A program made the translations under genes and the position numbers. Shown piece by piece: positions 20,455 to 29,445 of a stretch of DNA of 64,000 bases (position 1 is its first letter; every line of letters begins with the position of its first letter). This DNA is from Candidatus Uabimicrobium helgolandensis (GTDB lineage: Bacteria; Planctomycetota; Uabimicrobiia; Uabimicrobiales; Uabimicrobiaceae): assembly GCF_041508025.1 (NCBI RefSeq), contig NZ_CP165719.1:736023-800022 (forward strand). Direction: 5' to 3'. The notes under the pieces are model-generated. The model was given only the letters and a program-made list of their open reading frames with translations. It did no database searches and was not told where the DNA came from.

Positions 20455-21411
20455 ATGAAATTACAACAAATTGTTAAAACACCATACTTGGCATCGCGTA
20501 TTGCTTACGGATGTATGGGAATTGGTGGTTCTTGGGATCATAATTCTTTAAATATAAACGAACAGAGAAATGCCACCATAGCAATTGAAACAGCATTTGA
20601 AACTGGCATTAATATTTTTGATCACGCAGACATATACTGCTTCGGTAAATCGGAACATGCTTTTGCTCAGTTTATTATTGATAAACCCCACTTACGCGAC
20701 AAAATTATTTTACAGAGTAAGTGTGGCATTCGCATTGCAACAGATAATCATATAGGTCATTACGATTTTAGTTATGATCATATTATTAATTCTGTTGAGC
20801 AGAGTTTAAAACGTCTGCAGACTTCTTATTTGGATATTTTGCTTTTACATCGCCCAGATGTTCTTGTAGAAGGAGAAGAAGTTGCGAAAGCTTTTTCAGA
20901 GCTCCATCAAAGTGGTAAGGTACGTTTTTTTGGTGTCAGTAATCATACTGTTATGCAGATAATGTATTTACAAAAATACATACAACAACCTCTTGTTATT
21001 AATCAAGTGCAGCTCAACGTTATTGACAATGATTTGTTCAATTCTGGAATTGTTGGAGGTGGAGGAAATTCGTTAGATAGTGTTGGTTTAGTAGAATATT
21101 GTCGCATCAATGATATTACAATTCAAGCATGGGGACCATTAGCATCAGGAAAGATATTTGTGGAACAGCCTCAAAACCATCGAGTTGCTGCGGTACAGAA
21201 AGTACTTCATAAACTGGCAGAGAAGTATTGTACAAATACTATGGCTATTGCTCTAGCATGGATACTCCTTCATCCTGCCCAAATACAACCTGTCATTGGT
21301 AGTTCTAATCCTTCACGTATTCGCAATGCTTGTGAGGCCATTAATGTTGATCTTACGCGTTCAGAGTGGTATGAACTTTTCGTTGCGGGGCGAGGAGCAA
21401 ATTTACCCTAA
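20455..21411 (+). CDS. Aldo/keto reductase family oxidoreductase
   Basis: RIAYGCMGIGGSW, FDHADIYCFGKSE and LLHRPD motifs are present. The ATG at 20455 with GGAG 9 nt upstream was preferred over the TTG at 20440. Confidence 0.8.
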   Translation: MKLQQIVKTPYLASRIAYGCMGIGGSWDHNSLNINEQRNATIAIETAFETGINIFDHADIYCFGKSEHAFAQFIIDKPHLRDKIILQSKCGIRIATDNHIGHYDFSYDHIINSVEQSLKRLQTSYLDILLLHRPDVLVEGEEVAKAFSELHQSGKVRFFGVSNHTVMQIMYLQKYIQQPLVINQVQLNVIDNDLFNSGIVGGGGNSLDSVGLVEYCRINDITIQAWGPLASGKIFVEQPQNHRVAAVQKVLHKLAEKYCTNTMAIALAWILLHPAQIQPVIGSSNPSRIRNACEAINVDLTRSEWYELFVAGRGANLP

Positions 21412-22769
21412 TCAAATACCACTTCGCAATTTGGTAACCATTTGCGTATTTTGTCTTGCTCGGTTAGAGAAATGTTATTATCTATTAGATAAATTTGCGA
21501 AAGCTTCGGTAAATTTTTGATTGTTTGTGGAAGAAATTGTAGCTTGTTGTTATCTAAATGCAAAACTTTTAAAGACGATAGATTACCAAATTCTAGGGGA
21601 AGTACTTGTAGTTGGTTGCTACTTAAATCTAAAAACGCTAAATTGGTGAGAGAGCCAAATTCAGATGGTAAGCTTTTAAGCTCATTGCTTGATAGATTTA
21701 GTCTATACAGACTTTTTAATTGTCCAAACTCTAACGGTAAAGTGGTTAAATAGTTACTTGATAAATCTGCCTTATACAAGCTATGTAAATTCCCAAAATG
21801 TGATGGTAAAGTATACAATTTGTTTTTACATATTTCTAGTTTGCGTAAATTATGTAAGTTCCCAAAGTCTTTTGGTAACGACGTTAGGCTATTTTCTGTT
21901 AAATCCAAATCCGTCAATTTAGTCATGCCACTCAAATTTTTTGGCAAGGCGGTTAGTTCATTTCCTTGGAGATTAATACTTATAATATTTTGTAGCTGAC
22001 TTATGTTTATAGGTAGTTTTTGTAGTTGGTTATCTTTTATCGTCAATCTTTCTAAATTTGAGAGTTGCGAAAAACCCTCAGGTAAAAATTGTAAATTATT
22101 ATTAGTTAAAACCAAGCGCTCTAACTTTTCTAACTTTCCTAGATAATCAGGAAGAGCAACAAATAAATTGTTTTGCAAATTAAGGTATTGCAATTTTTTC
22201 TGAGTGTATAAACTTTGTGGTAGAGTTTGCAGTTTATTATATGAAAGGTCTAGTGTTTCTATATTCGATAAATAAAAATTTGGGCATAGTGAAGAAATTT
22301 GGTTGCCTGATAAATCGAGTGTTTGCAATTCTCGCAACTGATTTATTTGCTGAGGAACAGTTACAATTTTATTGTTAGATAAATCTAATACTGACAGCTT
22401 TTCTATACAACCAATTACCGTTGGAATTTGTGAAATATTGCGCCAGCGTAGAGAAATAATCGTATTTTTGGGAGCTTGATGAAAATAAGCTAGATCTTTC
22501 GTTGTTATTTGTGAAATCCTCCAATCACTTGCTCTCCAAACAGCTAGTTCGTAGCTTCCTCGTCCAATCACAATGTAAATAGAAAAGTAGTTTTGAAAAG
22601 AAAAAGAGCAGATTTTGTAGTTATTGCCATAAGCTTTTTGTAATTCACTTCGCGCTCTAAAGTATACTACCGTTAACGTTGCAATAGCTACATTGGATAG
22701 AATAAAAATGATGATCAAAGACTTGACAATCCAGCCTGTTTTTTTGTGTTTAGTATTTTTAGAATTCAT
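21408..22769 (-). CDS. Membrane-anchored leucine-rich repeat protein (about 15 LRRs)
   Basis: It has an N-terminal TM (IIFILSNVAIATLTVVYF) followed by consecutive 23-aa LxxLxLxxNxLxxLPxxxxxLxx units. Its 3' end overlaps the aldo/keto reductase gene convergently by 4 nt. Confidence 0.8.
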   Translation of the reverse strand: MNSKNTKHKKTGWIVKSLIIIFILSNVAIATLTVVYFRARSELQKAYGNNYKICSFSFQNYFSIYIVIGRGSYELAVWRASDWRISQITTKDLAYFHQAPKNTIISLRWRNISQIPTVIGCIEKLSVLDLSNNKIVTVPQQINQLRELQTLDLSGNQISSLCPNFYLSNIETLDLSYNKLQTLPQSLYTQKKLQYLNLQNNLFVALPDYLGKLEKLERLVLTNNNLQFLPEGFSQLSNLERLTIKDNQLQKLPINISQLQNIISINLQGNELTALPKNLSGMTKLTDLDLTENSLTSLPKDFGNLHNLRKLEICKNKLYTLPSHFGNLHSLYKADLSSNYLTTLPLEFGQLKSLYRLNLSSNELKSLPSEFGSLTNLAFLDLSSNQLQVLPLEFGNLSSLKVLHLDNNKLQFLPQTIKNLPKLSQIYLIDNNISLTEQDKIRKWLPNCEVVFD

Positions 22770-22968
22770 ACAAAAAAAGACCTTATAAATTTTCAAAATC
22801 AATAGAGGTATAGTGAGTTGGTGAAATAACACCGCTACCAACTTCTACGATATTATATTTTAAATAGTCTTACCATAAGCTGTTTTTTTCTGAATAAGCC
22901 AATTTTTATGTTCGAATTTACAAAAAAATAGATGCCAAAACTATTCTAAACCATTATAATTTAAGCAA

Positions 22969-23126
22969 GTCGCAAAAAGTTTTTAAGAGCACGCAGCTTG
23001 CCTTTGAGTATCATAGTGGCGTTGAGCCTTCGGTTACATAGTTACAGTTATGTGCCTCTCAGGCTTTCCTTCTTTGACACTCAAATTCTACGCTGACTTG
23101 AAACGTGCTCAAAAACTTTTTGCGAC
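22969..23126. repeat. Long-range inverted repeat (about 23 bp arms, about 110-bp spacer) in the hydrolase upstream region
   Basis: gtcgcaaaaagtttttaagagcacg at 22969-93 pairs with cgtgctcaaaaactttttgcgac at 23104-26. Confidence 0.6.
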
Positions 23127-23175
23127 TCACTTAAAAACGAGTGATTACTTTCAAGTCGAAAATATTGAGGGAAAT

Positions 23176-24036
23176 ATGATGAAGATAGTCATTTTTATAT
23201 GTATATTATTTGCAAGTTGTTCACATAAATTTTACAAACCATATGTAGGCCCATATGCCGAAAATCCAGAATTTGTAGAATCTGTAACATTCCAAACGGA
23301 AGATAATCACCAATTGAAAGGTTTTTTACTAAAATCTCAAAAACCATCCAAAGGTATTGTTATCCACTTTCATGGTAACACAGGAAATGCACAAACATAC
23401 TTTATTTTTGTTGAATGGCTAATTGCTAGAGGTTACGACGTTTTTACATTTGACTATCGTGGTTATGGAGAATCACAAGGATCTCCAAGTCGTTCAGGAT
23501 TAGTGAAGGACAGTCGCGCAGCCATTAAGTACATAACTGACCAAAGAAAATGGGATAATATCTATCTTTTTGGCCAAAGTTTGGGTGGAAACCAAGCTAT
23601 CGCCGTAGTCGATGATAGTAATCGTCACTTTATCGATGGCATGATTATAGATAGTACTTTTTATTCTTACGCTTCGGTTGCGAATTACCATGTAGGAGAT
23701 TCATCTCTTTTTTATCCTTTTACTTGGATGCTAGTAGGTGGTAACAGTTATAGCGCTGCTGATTATGTCAAATCTCTACATGTACCGATCATGTTTATAC
23801 ATGGTGATAAAGACGAAATGGTTCCGATTTCTCATAGTTATCAACTATTCCAAGAATCAAGTTTTCCTAAATCATTCATAGGTGCAGTAAATTGTGGGCA
23901 TGTTGAAGCTTTAGCACGAGAACCAATCAGAGATGCCATTGTACAATTTTTAGAATCAAATTCTTTAGAATTTCAGTACATTAGAGAATCAACTGATCCC
24001 GAATATAAAAAACCTCCGAGCGAAAATCAAAATTAA
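23176..24036 (+). CDS. Alpha/beta-fold hydrolase lipoprotein
   Basis: GAGGGA lies 4 nt before ATG 23176. The signal/lipobox is ILFASCS. HGNTGN and the nucleophile elbow GQSLGG (GxSxG) are present, with a downstream D…H. Confidence 0.75.
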   Translation: MMKIVIFICILFASCSHKFYKPYVGPYAENPEFVESVTFQTEDNHQLKGFLLKSQKPSKGIVIHFHGNTGNAQTYFIFVEWLIARGYDVFTFDYRGYGESQGSPSRSGLVKDSRAAIKYITDQRKWDNIYLFGQSLGGNQAIAVVDDSNRHFIDGMIIDSTFYSYASVANYHVGDSSLFYPFTWMLVGGNSYSAADYVKSLHVPIMFIHGDKDEMVPISHSYQLFQESSFPKSFIGAVNCGHVEALAREPIRDAIVQFLESNSLEFQYIRESTDPEYKKPPSENQN

Positions 24037-24042
24037 AAGAGG

Positions 24043-24960
24043 TTACAACGTACAACAAAAATGTTCTAAGTATTTTTTTTGTTGCTCTTGGGATAGAGTA
24101 TGCCAACAGTCGCTTAACCAACTCAACAAATATAAACATGCTATAGTAATAAATTCATTGAGCATACGATGTTCTTGTTTTGAAATAGGGGCGATTTTTT
24201 GATAGTTTTCAAGGTAATTTTTGGCTTTGTGTGGACATAAACAATGCATTTTCCAGCAACTGCAGAAATAAAAAATAGCAAGTGCAATGTCAAAGATACG
24301 ATAGGTGTAAAAAATCCAATCGAAATCTAAAATCGCTACCGCTTTTTGTTGGTGAAACATAATGTTTTCTAAGTGGTAGTCACCGTGAATCATTACTTTT
24401 GGTAAGTTTGTAATTTGGGGAATAAAAGCAATACTCTTGTTGATGTTTTTCTCGATACATTGGTTATAAGAACCAAAAATTTGCTGTTGGTTGTTTTTTG
24501 CACGCAAGTTTTCCAGAAATGCTTTTATTGATATATTTTTTTGATGTGGTGGTTGCCAAGAGAAGATTGCACGATGATATGAAGCTTGTAGTTGCGCTGC
24601 ACTTTGTAAATAAATGGTATCACAGTTTGCGTCCCAATCGCCTACTATTTCATAGTCTAAAAAACCAAAAAGTGCACCATAGCGTTCACTATAGTGCACA
24701 TATGTTTTTTTGGTTTTCGTGAAAAGTAACTGTGGTGAAGTTTTGAACCTCTGTTTTTGTAAATAGCAAAGCAAATCGTGCTCGATAAGGATATCTTGTT
24801 CGCAATTATTCTTATATAAACGAAAAAAGTAGCGGTTATTATTTATAGTTACAATGTAACTATCATTTACCATTCCACCTAAACAGACACTTATATTGTT
24901 GATTTTACCTAGCGAATAGTGGCCTTCGATAAGCTCGATAATTTTGCGTTTGTTAGTCAC
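24043..24960 (-). CDS. Phosphotransferase enzyme family (APH/ChoK-like small-molecule kinase)
   Basis: The catalytic loop MIHGDYHLENIMF (HGDxxxxN) and the ILDFDW (DFD) motif are present. Confidence 0.7.
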   Translation of the reverse strand: MTNKRKIIELIEGHYSLGKINNISVCLGGMVNDSYIVTINNNRYFFRLYKNNCEQDILIEHDLLCYLQKQRFKTSPQLLFTKTKKTYVHYSERYGALFGFLDYEIVGDWDANCDTIYLQSAAQLQASYHRAIFSWQPPHQKNISIKAFLENLRAKNNQQQIFGSYNQCIEKNINKSIAFIPQITNLPKVMIHGDYHLENIMFHQQKAVAILDFDWIFYTYRIFDIALAIFYFCSCWKMHCLCPHKAKNYLENYQKIAPISKQEHRMLNEFITIACLYLLSWLSDCWHTLSQEQQKKYLEHFCCTL

Positions 24961-24976
24961 TTATTAATTATTTGCC

Positions 24977-25354
24977 TTAAAATTGATCTAATGAATAGTC
25001 ATCGTCAATTGGATTTTCATCCAGATTATATTTACCAATTACGTTGAATTTTAGTTGCGGTACTTTGCGACGGTTGATCGAAGAAGCGATTTCCGACAAT
25101 AGTATATTCATATTAAGCTGTAAGCGTTCTAAAATTTCAGCGGATGATGATGGTAAAGAGTTTGGCATAACAGTTACTAATAAACGTGAACTATTTGGTG
25201 AAGGGATCACCGAGTCTACATATAAATCACGTAAAATATCATCATCACACTCTCCAGCAAGTGCATAATTGAGAGCTTTTGCTATTTGGCCACATAGGCG
25301 CAAATCCTTGTAACTTTTTCCTGTGCTGCGGCGCCTCGGTTTTTTACGACTCAT
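24977..25354 (-). CDS. Small basic protein, tentatively RbfA-like (ribosome-binding factor A family)
   Basis: 125 aa. By eye it aligns with RbfA blocks (DLYVDSVIPSPNSSRLLVTV ~ V.V…DL..AKVYV; RRKVPQLKFNV ~ R.R.VPEL.F). The call is weak. Confidence 0.35.
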   Translation of the reverse strand: MSRKKPRRRSTGKSYKDLRLCGQIAKALNYALAGECDDDILRDLYVDSVIPSPNSSRLLVTVMPNSLPSSSAEILERLQLNMNILLSEIASSINRRKVPQLKFNVIGKYNLDENPIDDDYSLDQF

Positions 25355-25438
25355 GTTTAATTTCCTTATTTAACGAATGCAGTATATTTCAACTACACTC
25401 CAAATAACCGACGCAAAGTTTCTCAAATTTTTGCTCGG

Positions 25439-26074
25439 TCACCTACTTAAATTATAATAATGAAGCATTATATCTCCTGCTTCCCTTGTTGATCTTCCAA
25501 AGCTAATAATGCCATCTTCGTGTCCTCCCATAGAAAATATTTTTAATTTAGCCACATCTGTACGATTAAATAATCTTTTTACTTCATTTGCCATAGCCAC
25601 TGTACCGTAAGGAATATCGGGGTTAGTAACTGGTATTCCTAAAGCTTTGGCATTTTTCCAGATCTCTGGACTATGAGTGTGAAAAACATAGCGAATATTG
25701 GTATCGGCATCGTAGATCGCTCCATGCGTGAGTGATTCAGATGATGGCTTTACAGGACCTTCTGCAACTATAAGGTTTTCTTTGATATTATATTCTAATA
25801 CGGTTGTGTAGTCATGTGTAGTTAATTGTCGTTTTAAACCTGTTTGTGTTCCGGTAATAAAAAAACTTCTTTTTCCACACGGCTGAAAAAAAGGCGGACA
25901 ACGTTTACTAACATTTCCAAAACCAGCACCATCATAACGCAGAGGATCTTGACCTATAATTTTATATGTATATAGTATATCGCGCCATTTGTCTAAACAC
26001 TCAATATTTTTTTGATGAACTGCTGGATAAGGAAAAAAGCGCAGTTGAAATTTTATGACACCCTCTTGTTCCAT
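25439..26074 (-). CDS. Class II aldolase/adducin family protein
   Basis: SSESLTHGAIY and HTHSPE (metal-binding His) are present. The ATG at 26074 with AAGGTGGA upstream was preferred over 26107. Confidence 0.7.
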   Translation of the reverse strand: MEQEGVIKFQLRFFPYPAVHQKNIECLDKWRDILYTYKIIGQDPLRYDGAGFGNVSKRCPPFFQPCGKRSFFITGTQTGLKRQLTTHDYTTVLEYNIKENLIVAEGPVKPSSESLTHGAIYDADTNIRYVFHTHSPEIWKNAKALGIPVTNPDIPYGTVAMANEVKRLFNRTDVAKLKIFSMGGHEDGIISFGRSTREAGDIMLHYYNLSR

Positions 26075-26078
26075 ATCT

Positions 26079-28262
26079 TTAATCCACCTTAAAATAATTA
26101 TGAACACCTTGTTGTAGTAGCTGCATATCGCCAGGAATCGTAAAGAAATAATACCCGTGTTTTTGTTTTTGTAAAGCCGTTTCTAGATTGGCCGCATAGC
26201 TTCCAAGAGGAATGTTGTATTTGCGCGCAGTGGTTTCTATTTTTTGTATAGCTGCTTTTAATTCAGGAGAGTCGATAACAACTCCCATTGAAACTGATAA
26301 ATCGAAAGGACCTACATGCCACAAGTCTACTCCAGGCACTTGCGCTATTTGCTCTAAATTTTCTACAGCTTCAGGTGTTTCGATCATTAGTATTGTTAGT
26401 ACAACATTATTTGCTTCAGCGAAATACTCTCTAAACTTACCTAAATAACGATTTCCTCTTTCAGCACCAACAGGCCTTTTCCCAATAGGAGGGTATTTTG
26501 TGGCATCGACAGCTTTTTTAGCATCGTCAGCGTTTTTTATACTAGGAATAATAATTCCTTTTGCTCCAGTGCCAATATATTTTTTTATGTGCGAAATATC
26601 ATTTGTCGGAATTCGTACAATGGGTACCGTTTTTTCATTTTCAGCTACACGCACGAGGTTTTGTACATCTTTTACGCTCATTTCAGTGTGCTCTGCTTCG
26701 ATCCAAAAGAAATCAAGTTGATTTCCCATTGCCATATTTTCAATTATTTTAGCGTCGGCAATAGTTACAAATCCACCAAACGTAGGTTTTTTTAACAGAC
26801 TAATTTTTTCTTTTACTTTATTGTTCATCGTTGTTGATTTTAGCTCTTTTACAATACAACGTGTGATACGTGGATATTGTTCTCCTGTTTCAACGATAAC
26901 AAAATTTTGCTCTGCTTTAAATTTCATTTCTTCATTATCTTTTGTGGTACCTTGCCATTCCAATTTTACTTGCACAACATAATTACCATCGCGATCAATT
27001 TCGACTTTTACACTTTCGATATTGTGCGTCGCTTTTTTTATTTGTGATGCTACTAGTGAGTGCCATTTTTGAAAATCAAACACTGAATACAAATTTACAT
27101 CTGGAAATTGCATGTATAAACTTGTTTGTGATAATAACGGTAGAAAGTTTTTTAAATCGGCGTTATTGTCTAATAGTGAAAACCAGTGATAAATAAAACT
27201 AATGATTTGATTTTTATTGCGTAGTTCTGGACTTATAGGTATTTTGAAAATTCGGTACGGATTTGTGGGACTGCTGCCTAAATGTATTTGTGCTGTAGTA
27301 AAATAAAGTTGTCCATTACTTATAGAAAAACTATCGGGCCAAGAGATACTTTCGTGTTGTACCAAGTATTGCACTCGTAAACCAGGTGTTAAGCGCAAAA
27401 TAGCGTTGTTTTCCAAGCTTGAAATATATAAATTACCATGAGGGTCGAAAATCAAACCATCAGCGGCACCCGTTTTTCCTAAGACTTGTACGTTTTTATG
27501 TATAGTTTCTTGTGCAATATTTTGGTCGCGTAAAACCTGTGTACGTATGCGGTATAGACTTTTTGCCGTTAAAGCTTGGTAATATAAATACTCATTGTTC
27601 GGACTTAGGGCAATGCCATCTGAGTGAACCTGTGGCGCTTTACCACCGCGCAGCCATTTCTTACCTTCGATTTCTAATACCACGTCTTCAGCATTTGTAG
27701 AAGCGTGGTTATCTAGTAATCTACGCGAAATTCCCGTTTTTAAATCGAGAACAACAATTGCACCATCACCCGAGTCTGTCATATAAGCAAATTGGTTAAT
27801 CGTGTCCACACGCACGTCATTTAAGTAGCTATTTTTTAAAACAATACTTTCGTTGAAAGTATATATTTTCAGTATTTCATTGCTACTCAGATCTATTTTG
27901 AGGAGCTTGGGTCCACCTTTTATTACACCAGAAAATTTTGGATTTGCAGGATCAAGTACCCACAAAAAATTCTGATTATCTATATACACACTTTGGACAC
28001 AGACAAAGCGATTTCGCGGAGATAAATCAAGAGTCCACCCATTCCAGTTTTTATTAGGAAAAGGTATGACACGTCCATTTTTTTGCAGTTCTCCAACAGA
28101 AATAGGTGTACGTGCTCCCCATCTTGGGTAATTAACAAATGTGCGACCACTTTGTGAAACAGCGATTCCCGTCCACTGTCTTTTGGAGTTAGCCACTTCT
28201 TCGAGAATTTTTTCTTGGGCAACACAAGCGATAAACAGTAATACAAATATAAATTTTTTCAT
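26079..28262 (-). CDS. Secreted three-domain fusion: six-bladed beta-propeller (MRJP/yellow- or SMP-30-like), a central NTF2/SnoaL-like segment, and a C-terminal HpcH/HpaI-family aldolase
   Basis: The signal peptide is MKKFIFVLLFIACVAQ. FLWVLDPANP is MRJP-like. The C-terminal 250 aa match HpcH/HpaI aldolase blocks (FFWIEAEHTE…, LTILMIETPEAVENL, DLWHVGPFDLS). The start was chosen at 28262 with AAGGAA upstream. Confidence 0.65.
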   Translation of the reverse strand: MKKFIFVLLFIACVAQEKILEEVANSKRQWTGIAVSQSGRTFVNYPRWGARTPISVGELQKNGRVIPFPNKNWNGWTLDLSPRNRFVCVQSVYIDNQNFLWVLDPANPKFSGVIKGGPKLLKIDLSSNEILKIYTFNESIVLKNSYLNDVRVDTINQFAYMTDSGDGAIVVLDLKTGISRRLLDNHASTNAEDVVLEIEGKKWLRGGKAPQVHSDGIALSPNNEYLYYQALTAKSLYRIRTQVLRDQNIAQETIHKNVQVLGKTGAADGLIFDPHGNLYISSLENNAILRLTPGLRVQYLVQHESISWPDSFSISNGQLYFTTAQIHLGSSPTNPYRIFKIPISPELRNKNQIISFIYHWFSLLDNNADLKNFLPLLSQTSLYMQFPDVNLYSVFDFQKWHSLVASQIKKATHNIESVKVEIDRDGNYVVQVKLEWQGTTKDNEEMKFKAEQNFVIVETGEQYPRITRCIVKELKSTTMNNKVKEKISLLKKPTFGGFVTIADAKIIENMAMGNQLDFFWIEAEHTEMSVKDVQNLVRVAENEKTVPIVRIPTNDISHIKKYIGTGAKGIIIPSIKNADDAKKAVDATKYPPIGKRPVGAERGNRYLGKFREYFAEANNVVLTILMIETPEAVENLEQIAQVPGVDLWHVGPFDLSVSMGVVIDSPELKAAIQKIETTARKYNIPLGSYAANLETALQKQKHGYYFFTIPGDMQLLQQGVHNYFKVD

Positions 28263-28272
28263 AGAGTATTCC

Positions 28273-29031
28273 TTAATTTTTACGAGCAATAAAAATCATT
28301 TTTTGACTAGTATGTTCGAATGGTCTTTCATCGTACCAACCAAAAACATTTTCCACTGTGAAATTTGCTTGCTCTAATAATAGCTCCATCTCATAGCGAT
28401 GCACATAACGCAATATTTCGGTATACGGATAACGTTTTACTTCGCCGTCACAGCAAAGTTCTATGATATTGTTAGCAATAAGAACTTGTCGTGCGCTATC
28501 ATAGCGTCCACTGCACCAATGGTTCAATGTTGTATTTTCTTTGTAGTTTTCAATACACATAAGCAAAGATAGTTGCCCTTGGCACTGGGGTTGTTTTAGC
28601 AAATAAAATGGATGGAATACATCAATAACAAGTTTTGCGCCGGAAGTAAGATGCTTTGATATGTTTTGCAAACATATTTTTTGATGGGTAATAGAGGGGA
28701 GTAGTAAAAAAGAATTTGCTGCAATAAAAACACCCGATATTTTTCGAGGCAAGTTAAATTTTGTCATGTCGTCTTTTTGCCATTGTATGTATTTTTGTAA
28801 ATTTAAAGGGCATTTCTCTTGTCCCTTATCCAACATTGCCTGACTGATATCTAGAGCAATCATATGATGTTTTTTGGCAGCAAGTTCAATCGCTAAACGT
28901 CCCGTACCAGTGGCAAGCTCCAATAATGGATCTTCACTAGGAGTAAATACCCTTTCGTACAGAGGGAGATCATGAAGAAAACTAACGCAGACATCGTAGA
29001 AATCAACTTCATTATGACTGGGAGCACCCAA
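28273..29031 (-). CDS. Class I SAM-dependent methyltransferase
   Basis: Motif I is LELATGTGRLAIELA and motif post-I is MIALDIS. The apparent start is TTG at 29031 with AAAGG upstream. Confidence 0.7.
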   Translation of the reverse strand: MGAPSHNEVDFYDVCVSFLHDLPLYERVFTPSEDPLLELATGTGRLAIELAAKKHHMIALDISQAMLDKGQEKCPLNLQKYIQWQKDDMTKFNLPRKISGVFIAANSFLLLPSITHQKICLQNISKHLTSGAKLVIDVFHPFYLLKQPQCQGQLSLLMCIENYKENTTLNHWCSGRYDSARQVLIANNIIELCCDGEVKRYPYTEILRYVHRYEMELLLEQANFTVENVFGWYDERPFEHTSQKMIFIARKN

Positions 29032-29109
29032 AATAGACCTTTCTTTATTCTGTTATGTTTCAATGGCGTAATCTTAAATTATGTAAAAAATATGATCTTT
29101 ATATTTGTA

Positions 29110-29358
29110 GGGCGTGTCATCATTCAAAATATTGTGTGTTTTTTCGAGCCCGAGCCCGTTTGCGAAACTTTCACTAACAATTTATCAAAGAAGCAAAGTT
29201 TCTTTTTCCATCGCAAAAAACTAGTATTGAACCAATAAATCACTTTCTGTCGCTCTCAAAAAGTTTTCGGACGCGGGCTCGCAAACGGGCTCAATACTAC
29301 TGGCGTATCATTAAATGAATCCGTTATATTTTTATCTGTATTGAATGATGACAGGCCC
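29110..29358 (-). mobile_element. MITE copy A (inverted orientation, about 249 bp, internal 12-bp deletion)
   Basis: Its terminal inverted repeats are gggcgtgtcatcattcaa…ttgaatgatgacaggccc. The interior is the reverse complement of copies B and C. Confidence 0.85.
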
Positions 29359-29445
29359 TAAATGTTTGCGATGTAACAAAATAACTTTTTTAGTTGGGGT
29401 AACCTCATAATTACACAATTATGAGATCGTACCCATTTAGATAAA

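Noticed and set aside
23050-23175. Longer start (MCLSGFPSLTLKFYADLKRAQKLF…) for the alpha/beta hydrolase
   Set aside because: The extension runs through the inverted-repeat element and lacks an RBS. The ATG at 23176 has GAGGGA upstream and yields a clean lipoprotein signal.
28972-29238. ORF 28972-29238 (+) and ORF 37889-38176 (-) lying inside MITE copies
   Set aside because: Each spans a non-coding MITE with internal hairpins. The corresponding reading frame is not conserved in the other copies (the 1-2-nt indels differ), so they are not protein genes.
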